From Eledone cirrhosa (lineage: Eukaryota), in the NCBI GenBank assembly GCA_964016885.1, contig OZ024746.1, positions 47,492,001-47,556,000 on the forward strand: DNA of 64,000 nucleotides. Reading direction: 5' to 3'. The notes under the pieces are model-generated. The model worked only from the letters and a program-made list of their open reading frames with translations, was not told where the DNA came from and searched no databases. Position 1 is the stretch's first letter; every line of letters starts with the position of its first letter. Shown here piece after piece: positions 53,210 to 64,000 of this stretch. The translations under genes were made by a program, and so were the position numbers.

Positions 53210-56200
53210 ATCCCTATATATAATATCCCTATATATACATATATATATATATCCTATATATGTATATATAGGGATATATATATGTATATATAGGGATATA
53301 TATATATATGTATATATAGGGATATATATATATATGTATATATAGGGATATATATATATATGTATATATAGGGATATATATATATATGTATATATAGGGA
53401 TATATATATATATGTATATATAGGGATATATATATATATGTATATATAGGGATATATATATATATGTATATATAGGGATATATATATATATGTATATATA
53501 GGGATATATATATATATGTATATATAGGGATATATATATATATGTATATATAGGGATATATGTATATATAGGGATATATATATATATGTATATATAGGGA
53601 TATATATATATATGTATATATAGGGATATATATATATATGTATATATAGGGATATAGATATATATGTATATATAGGGATATATATGTATATATAGGGATA
53701 TATATGTATATATAGGGATATATATATATATGTATATATAGGGATATATGTATATATATGTATATATATAGGGATATATGTATATATATGTATATATAGG
53801 GATATATGTATATATATGTATATATAGGGATATATGTATATATAGGGATATATGTATATATATGTATATATAGGGATATATGTATATATATGTATATATA
53901 GGGGTATATGTATATATAGGGATATATGTATATGTATATATAGGGATATATGTATATGTATATATAGGGATATATGTATATATAGGGATATATGTATATA
54001 TATGTATATATAGGGATATATATATATGTATATATAGGGATATATATATATGTATATATAGGGATATATATATATATATGTATATATAGGGATATATATG
54101 TATATATAGGGATATATATGTATATATAGGGATATATATATATATGTATATATAGGGATATATATATATATGTATATATAGGGATATATATATATATGTA
54201 TATATAGGGATATATATATATGTATATATAGGGATATATATATATGTATATATAGGGATATATATATATATGTATATATAGGGATATATATATATATGTA
54301 TATATAGGGATATATATATATATGTATATATAGGGATATATATATATATGTATATATAGGGATATATATATATATGTATATATAGGGATATATATATATG
54401 TATATATAGGGATATATATATATATGTATATATAGGGATATATATATATGTATATATAGGGATATATATATATGTATATATAGGGATATATATATATGTA
54501 TATATAGGGATATATATATATATATAGGGATATATATGTATATATAGGGATATATATGTATATATAGGGATATATATGTATATATAGGGATATATATGTA
54601 TATATAGGGATATATATGTATATATAGGGATATATATGTATATATAGGGATATATATGTATATATAGGGATATATATGTATATATAGGGATATATATGTA
54701 TATATAGGGATATATATGTATATATAGGGATATATATGTATATATAGGGATATATATGTATATATAGGGATATATATGTATATATAGGGATATATATGTA
54801 TATATAGGGATATATATGTATATATAGGGATATATATGTATATATAGGGATATATATGTATATATAGGGATATATATGTATATATAGGGATATATATGTA
54901 TATATAGGGATATATATGTATATATAGGGATATATATGTATATATAGGGATATATATGTATATATAGGGATATATATATATATATAGGGATATATATGTA
55001 TATATAGGGATTATATATATATGTATATATAGGGATATATATATACGTCATATATAGGGATATATATATATATGTATATATAGGGATATATATGTATATA
55101 TAGGGATATATATATGTATATATAGGGATATATATGTATATGTATAGGGATATATATATATTATGTATATATAGGGATATATATATATATAGTAGGGATA
55201 TATATATATATGTATATAGTAGGGATATATATATATATGTATATGTAGGGATTATATATATATGTATATATAGGGATATATATGTATATATAGGGATATA
55301 TATATATATGTATATATAGGGATATATATATATATGTATATATAGGGATATATATTATATGTATATATAGGGATATATATATATATGTATATATAGGGGA
55401 ATATATATATATGTATATATAGGGATATATATATATATGTATATATAGGGATATATATATATATGTATATATAGGGATTATATATATATATGTATATATA
55501 GGGATATATATATATATGTATATATAGGATATAATATATATATGTATATATAGGGATATATATATATATGTATATATAGGGATATATATATATATGTATA
55601 TATAGGGATATATATATATATGTATATATAGGGATATATATATATATGTATATATAGGGATATATATATATATGTATAATAGGGATATATATATATATGT
55701 ATATATAGGGATATATATAATATGTATAATATAGGGATATATATATATATGTATATATAGGGATATATATATATATGTATATATAGGGATATATATATAT
55801 ATGTATATATAGGGATATATATATATATGTATATATAGGGATATATATATATATGTATATATAGGGATATATATATATATGTATATATAGGGATATATAT
55901 AATATGTATATATAGGGATATATATATATATGTATATATAGGGATATATATATATATGTATATATAGGGATATATATATATATGTATATATAGGGATATA
56001 TATATATATGTATATATAGGGATATATATATATATGTATATATAGGGATATATATATATATGTATATATAGGGGATATATATATATATGTATATATAGGG
56101 ATATATATATATATGTATATATAGGGATATATATATATATGTATATATAGGGATATATATATATATGTATATATAGGGATATATATATATATGTATATAT

Positions 56201-58117
56201 AGGGATATATATATATATGTATATATAGGGATATATATATATATGTATATATAGGGATATATATATATATGTATATATAGGGATATATATATATATGTAT
56301 ATATAGGGATATATATATATATGTATATATAGGGATATATATATATATGTATATAGATATATATATATGTAATATAGGGATATATATATATGTATATATA
56401 GGGATATATATATATATGTATATATAGGGATATATATATATATGTATATATAGGGATATATATATATATGTATATATAGGGATATATATATATATGTATA
56501 TATAGGGATATATATATATATGTATATATAGGGATATATATATATATGTATATATAGGGATATATATATATATGTATATATAGGGATATATATATATATG
56601 TATATATAGGGATATATATATAATATGTATATATAGGGATATATATATATATGTATATATAGGGATATATATAATATGTATATATAGGGATATATATATA
56701 TATGTATATATAGGGATATATATATATATATGTATATATAGGGATATATATATATATGTATATATAGGGATATATATATATATGTATATATAGGGATATA
56801 TATATATATATGTATATATAGGGATATATATATATATATGTATATATAGGATATATTATATAATGTATATATAGGGATATATATATATATGTATATATAG
56901 GGATATATATATGTATATATAGGGATATATATATATATATGTATATATAGGGATATATATATATGTATATATAGGGATATATATATATATATATATAGGG
57001 ATATATATATATGTATATATAGGGATATATAATATATGTATATATAGGGATATATATATATATGTATATATAGGGATATATATATATATATGTATATATA
57101 GGGATATATATATATATGTATATATAGGGATATATATATATGTATATATAGGGATTATATATAGTATATATAGGGATATATATATGTATATATAGGATAT
57201 ATATATGTATATATAGGGATATATATATATATGTATATATAGGGATATATATATATGTATATATAGGGATATATATATATGTATATTATAGGGATATATA
57301 TATATATGTATATATAGGGATATATATATATATGTATATATAGGGATATATATATATATGGTTTATATAGGGATATATATATATATGTATATATAGGGAT
57401 ATATATATATATGTAATATATAGGGATATTATATATATTGTGATATAGGGATATATATAGTATGTATATATAGGGATATATATATATATGTATATAAGGG
57501 ATAATATATACTATGTATATATAGGGAAGTATATATATGTATATATAGGGATATATATATATATGTATATTAGAGGGATATATATATATATGTATATATA
57601 GGGATATATATATATTATGTGATATATAGGGATATATATATATATGTATAGATGGGGATATATATTATATCGTTATATATAGGATATTAATATATTGAAT
57701 ATATAAGATAGATATAGAGGATATATAGATATATATATGTATATATAGGGATATATATATATATATGATATATAGGGATTATATACTATATAAGTATATA
57801 TAGGGATATATATATATATGGGTATATTATAGGGATATATATATATAGGGATATATATAGGGAGAATATATACGTGAAGATATCATACTACTAGGGATAT
57901 TATATAATGTATATATTAGGTGATATATATCAATACCTATATGTATATCTACGGGGATATACTCTACTGCTATATATAGGGATATATATATGTATATATA
58001 GGGATATAGTATATATATATATAGGGATATTATATATTATATGTATATATAGGGATATATATATATATATGATATATAGGGAATATATATATATAAGGGA
58101 TAATGATATAAGGGATA
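53210..58117. repeat. (TA)n-GGGA satellite
   Basis: Units of ~20-24 bp such as TATATAGGGATATATATGTA; a near-perfect 20-mer block at ~54521-54990. Confidence 0.97.
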
Positions 58118-58317
58118 NNNNNNNNNNNNNNNNNNNNNNNNNNNNNNNNNNNNNNNNNNNNNNNNNNNNNNNNNNNNNNNNNNNNNNNNNNNNNNNNNNN
58201 NNNNNNNNNNNNNNNNNNNNNNNNNNNNNNNNNNNNNNNNNNNNNNNNNNNNNNNNNNNNNNNNNNNNNNNNNNNNNNNNNNNNNNNNNNNNNNNNNNNN
58301 NNNNNNNNNNNNNNNNN
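58118..58317. other. Assembly gap
   Basis: 200 N. Confidence 1.
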
Positions 58318-58497
58318 ATAATTATATAATATAATGTGTATGTATATATATGTATATATATATATATGTATGTGTGTATATATATGTATGTATATATATA
58401 TGTATATATATATTATGTATATATATGTATATATGTATGTATATATATATGTATATATATATATGTATATATATGTATATATGTATGTATATATATG

Positions 58498-58538
<41 letters not shown>

Positions 58539-58941
58539 GTATGTATATATATGTATATATATATATATATGTATGTATATATATGTATATATATATATAT
58601 ATGTATGTATATATATGTATATATATATATATATGTATGTATATATATGTATATATATATATATGTATGTATATATATGTATATATATATATATATGTAT
58701 GTATATATATGTATATATATATATTATATGTATGTATATATATGTATATATATATATATATGTATGTATATATATGTATATATATATATATATGTATGTA
58801 TATATATGTATATATATATATATATGTATGTATATATATGTATATATATATATATATGTATGTATATATATGTATATATATATATATATGTATGTATATA
58901 TATGTATATATATATATATATGTATGTATATATATGTATAT

Positions 58942-58982
<41 letters not shown>

Positions 58983-59009
58983 TATATATGTATGTATGTA
59001 TATGTATAT

Positions 59010-59050
<41 letters not shown>

Positions 59051-59077
59051 TATATATGTATGTATGTATATGTATAT

Positions 59078-59115
<38 letters not shown>

Positions 59116-59156
59116 GTATGTATTAGTATGTATATATATGTATGTATATATGTATG

Positions 59157-59187
<31 letters not shown>

Positions 59188-59192
59188 GTATG

Positions 59193-59252
<60 letters not shown>

Positions 59253-59267
59253 TATATATGTATGTAT

Positions 59268-59305
<38 letters not shown>

Positions 59306-59632
59306 GTATATGTATGTAGATGTGTATGTATGTATGTATATGTATGTATATGTATGTATGTATATATATGTGTATATGTATGTATATGTATGTATATATA
59401 TGTATATGTATCTATGTATATATATGTGTATATGTATGTATATGTATGTATATATATGTATATGTATGTATGTATATATATGTGTATATGTATGTATATG
59501 TATGTATATATATGTATATGTATGTATATATATGTATATATATGTATATGTATGTATATATATGTATATATATATATATGTATGTATATATATGTATATA
59601 TATATATATGTATATATATATATGTATGTATG

Positions 59633-59668
<36 letters not shown>

Positions 59669-59898
59669 TGTATGTATGTATATATATGTATATATATATA
59701 TGTATGTATGTATGTATATATATATGTATGTATATATATATATATGTATGTATGTATATATATATATGTATGTATGTATATATATATATGTATGTATATA
59801 TATATGTATGTATATATATATATATGTATGTATATATATATGTATGTATGTATGTATATATATATGTATGTATGTATGTATATATATATGTATGTATG

Positions 59899-59929
<31 letters not shown>

Positions 59930-59978
59930 ATATATATGTATGTATGTATGTATATATATGTATGTATGTATATGTATG

Positions 59979-60010
<32 letters not shown>

Positions 60011-60078
60011 TATGTATGTATGTATGTATATATATATGTATGTATGTATGTATATATATGTATGTATGTATATGTATG

Positions 60079-60110
<32 letters not shown>

Positions 60111-60231
60111 TATGTATGTATGTATGTATATATATATATGTATGTATATATATATATGTATGTATGTATGTATATATATATGTATGTATGTATATATATA
60201 TGTATGTATATATATGTATATATATATACAT

Positions 60232-61900
60232 AACGTTTGGTGCCCCTGATGTCTTGGCGGCAATAAAGGAAATCAAGCATAATTCAGCAGTAGGTCCCGA
60301 TAGGTTCCCTGCTTGTGTCCTGAAGGCGTGTCAACACCAACTTGCTTCTCCTCTTGCCAATCTGTGGCGGAACTCACTGGATGCTGGATATGTGCCAGAA
60401 AACCTTCTATCCCAGTCTGTTGTCCCAGTTTTCAAAAAGGGAAACAAATCCCTTGCCGTGAATTACCGTCCAATCTCACTCACCTCTCATATCATTAAGG
60501 TATTTGAGCGAGTGGTGAGATCGCGAATGACCCACTTCCTTGAGAGTAACAATATGCTGAACTCCAACCAGCATGGATTCCGTAATGGAAGGGATTGCCT
60601 GACGCAACTACTGCATCACTTTGATGACATTTTGAGAGCCTTGGAGAGGGTTCCAACACTGATGTTATCTACCTTGATTTCAGCAAGGCCTTTGACAGGG
60701 TTGATCATAACATTCTACTGAGAAAGCTGTCCAATATTGGTGTCACTGGAAAGCTGCTGCAGTGGATCAAGAGCTTCCTGTCAAACAGAACCCAACATGT
60801 TGTAGTTGAGGGAGTCAAATCAAGCCCAGCCAAAGTCAGTAGTGGGGTCCCACAAGGCACTGTGTTGGGCCCACTTCTCTTCATCATCTATATTAATGAC
60901 ATCACTGACATCATCAAACACAGCAACATTAAAATTTTCGCTGATGATTCCAAGCTCCAAAAGGTCATCAATGGCGTGGATGACCGGATAAGCCTTCAGT
61001 CAGACCTACTGGCTGTTACCCAATGGGCAGAAAAGAACAACATGTTACTGAACGAGGACAAATTCGAACTGATCCACTTTGGAAAAGAGGATGCTCTGAA
61101 ACTCCCGTACTCCCTTCCCTCCGGGGAAACTCTCGTGGCATCTAACAACATCAGAGACTTGGGAGTAACCGTGGACAGCAACATAAGCTGGACCACGCAT
61201 ATAAGCAGCAAAGTTGACATGGCCCGCAGAATGTGTTCCTGGATCCTCAGAACCTTCCAGTCGAGAGATTCCCGCACCATTATCCTTCTCTTCTCTACTT
61301 TCGCCCGACCACACCTTGAATACTGTTGTCCACTGTGGTCTCCCCACACGAAACAAAGTATCATGAAACTTGAAGCTCCTCAAAGGGCAATCACGAAAAA
61401 GATAGATGGCATGTCAGACCTTGACTACTGGGGGTCGATTGGAAAACCTGAAACTTTACTCACTCCAACGTCGCCGTGAGCGTTATATTATCTGCATGAT
61501 GTGGAAAATGTTCCATCATCACTGCCCAAATGATGTTGGCATCGCCTTCAAGATACACCCAAGGCTTGGGCCCCGTGCTATCCGTCCCATTCAAAAATCT
61601 AAATCGCAACTCATAACAACAATACGGCACAATTATTTCACCTCAATCGGCCCTGCTCTCTTCAACATCACACCAGGACACGTCAAAACAGAAACTGACC
61701 ACTCAAAATTCAAGAAGTCTTTGGACAAATTCCTCCAAGTAATCCCGGACAAACCACCCACACCGGATATGTCTCCGCAAACAGTAATTCTCTTCTCGAA
61801 TGGGCCATGGTGCCCAAATCCTGAATTGAAAGACTTCGCCAGGTGGTGCTATTAAGTTAGACATGGCCTGGGCCAATACTGGCCAAAACATTTCAAAGTT
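60232..61900 (+). mobile_element. 5'-truncated CR1/L2-group LINE (RT domain and 3' end) inserted in satellite
   Basis: [59 protein letters not shown] and LDKFL..IPDKP motifs. Three single-base frameshifts and no nonsense codons noticed. Confidence 0.93.
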
Positions 61901-61953
61901 ATATGTATATATATATATATATGTATGTATATATATATGTATGTATATATATG

Positions 61954-62002
<49 letters not shown>

Positions 62003-62089
62003 ATATATATATATATATATGTATGTGTATATATATATATATATGTATGTATATATATGTATATATATATATATATATGTATATATATG

Positions 62090-62122
<33 letters not shown>

Positions 62123-62159
62123 ATGTATGTGTATATATGTATATATATATATGTATATG

Positions 62160-62191
<32 letters not shown>

Positions 62192-62261
62192 TATGTATAT
62201 GTATATATATATATGTATATGTATATATATATATGTATATGTATATATATATATGTATATG

Positions 62262-62292
<31 letters not shown>

Positions 62293-62403
62293 GTATGTGT
62301 ATATATATATATATATATGTGTATATATATATATATGTGTATATATATATATATATATGTATGTGTATATATATATATGTATGTATATGTATGTATATAT
62401 ATG

Positions 62404-62453
<50 letters not shown>

Positions 62454-62770
62454 TATGTGTATATATATATATATAATGTATATATATGTATGTGTATATA
62501 TATATATGTATGTATATGTATGTATATATATGTATATATATATATATATATCTGTGTTTATATATATATGTGTATATATATATATATATATGTATGTATA
62601 TGTATGTATATATATGTATATATATATATATATATCTGTGTTTATATATATATGTGTATATATATATATATATGTATATATATGTATGTGTATATATATA
62701 TATGTATGTATATGTATGTATATATATGTATATATATATATATATATCTGTGTTTATATATATATGTATG

Positions 62771-62803
<33 letters not shown>

Positions 62804-62886
62804 GTATATATATATATATATTATGTATGTATATATATATATGTATGTATATGTATGTATATATATATATGTATGTATATGTATGT

Positions 62887-62940
<54 letters not shown>

Positions 62941-62957
62941 GTATATGTATATATATG

Positions 62958-63018
<61 letters not shown>

Positions 63019-63043
63019 GTATATATATACATATACTATGTCA

Positions 63044-63121
63044 GGTCACCAGTTGGTGCTACTGGTAACATGTATCCCAGTACAACCTGTCTCATGGTCG
63101 GGTCGTTGGCGACTAAACTGG
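63044..63121 (+). ncRNA. Candidate HDV-like ribozyme (imperfect)
   Basis: P1 GGUCA/UGGUC, J1/2 hairpin ACCAGU/ACUGGU, P2 CCAGU/ACUGG, L3 CC with GGG (P1.1), P4 UCG-UUGG-CGA, J4/2 CUAA. P3 is imperfect. Confidence 0.4.
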
Positions 63122-63647
63122 CAACCCCACCAAGGTTTCTTGGTGAGGAGGGTGACTTTGGACATCCTGCAGGACTAAAAACAAAACCTGTCAAAAGGCA
63201 AAGGAGCTCTTAAGAGTCAATGGCCATCCAAAATCACCGGGAGAGATGACCCCTTAGCCTTTGTCAAGGCAGAATTCTAGGAGAAGGAAAACTCTGATAT
63301 AACACCTGCAACTCTGATGGTATCCAATGATGTTGACTTGTTCTTCTTTTTGGTAAATATCATCTTGGTTAAGAGAGTGGGACTGGCTTTGTGCAGTGCC
63401 TTTGCTCACTATAAAAGCTTCACAGCACAGGCATTGCTTTATATCTGGAGATCTCTCTGCACTTGTCGTCACATGGTACCATGGGCCCAGCACTATGTGT
63501 CAATAATTGTCACAAGTGTAGTGTTTGTACCAGAGCTTTCAAGTCGCTGGCTGGACTAAAAAATCACACTCGTTCAGCGCATCGGTAGGGGTTCTCCTAC
63601 ATGGATATAAAGTAGTGGCCGTACTCGAAAACGAGTTGGCAGCCACC
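63044..63647 (+). mobile_element. Non-autonomous bipartite RTE element (5' UTR fused to 3' end)
   Basis: Contains an RTE-type 5' UTR motif CTAGGAGAAGGAAAACTCTGAT, a terminal C2H2 finger [23 protein letters not shown] (63517-63588), and a 3' stem-loop CTCG-AAAA-CGAG. Flanked by (TA)n. Confidence 0.7.
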
Positions 63648-63658
63648 ATATATATATA

Positions 63659-63697
<39 letters not shown>

Positions 63698-63734
63698 ATA
63701 TATATATATGTATGTATATATATATATATGTATG

Positions 63735-63765
<31 letters not shown>

Positions 63766-63924
63766 GTATGTATATATATATATATGAATGTATATATATA
63801 TATATGTATGTATATATATATATATGTATGTATATATATATATATGTATGTATAAATATATATATGTATGTATATATATATATATATGTATGTATATATA
63901 TATGTATATATATATATATGTATG

Positions 63925-63967
<43 letters not shown>

Positions 63968-64000
63968 ATATATGTATATATATATATATATGTATGTATA

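Larger units (their letters stand above)
58318..64000. repeat. (TA)n/(TATG)n satellite interrupted by CR1-group and RTE insertions
   Basis: Low-complexity TA/TATG at 58318-60230, 61900-63035 and 63648-64000. Confidence 0.95.

Noticed and set aside
53270-58117. Telomeric repeat or canonical G-quadruplex array
   Set aside because: The motif is TATAGGGA rather than tandem TTAGGG, and the GGG runs are ~17-21 nt apart.
57300-58117. Increasing satellite divergence toward the gap
   Set aside because: Most simply explained by low-coverage long-read error at a contig end.
42861-63855. Very long Y/I/M/C/D-rich ORFs (up to 2048 aa)
   Set aside because: Translations of (TA)n satellite that simply lacks stop codons; they are open in several frames and on both strands.

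Overview
AT-rich, repeat-dense eukaryotic (animal) DNA. The SINE/RTE repertoire and huge (TA)n tracts suggest an octopus-like cephalopod, which is an inference. Two divergent protein-coding genes are supported. Mitochondrial short-chain 3-hydroxyacyl-CoA dehydrogenase (HADH, minus strand) has coding exons 1-2 at 5046-4939 and 842-714. A WDFY1/2-type WD40-FYVE gene (plus strand) has its first coding exon at 18160-18311 and no recognisable exon 2 in the remaining ~45 kb. The rest is RTE, CR1-group and CRE retrotransposon fragments, several SINE families, TTAA (piggyBac-type) MITEs, an internally deleted Hsmar2-like mariner, 53-bp and 35-bp minisatellites, and a ~21-kb compound (TA)n satellite with a 200-N gap. 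The most notable signal is two ~320-bp fold-back palindromes (5341-5665 and ~10660-10980). Each arm carries a minimal type-I hammerhead ribozyme, one per strand. There is also a candidate HDV-like ribozyme at the 5' end of a non-autonomous RTE. All alignments and folds were done by eye; none of the long Y/I/M-rich ORFs are real genes.
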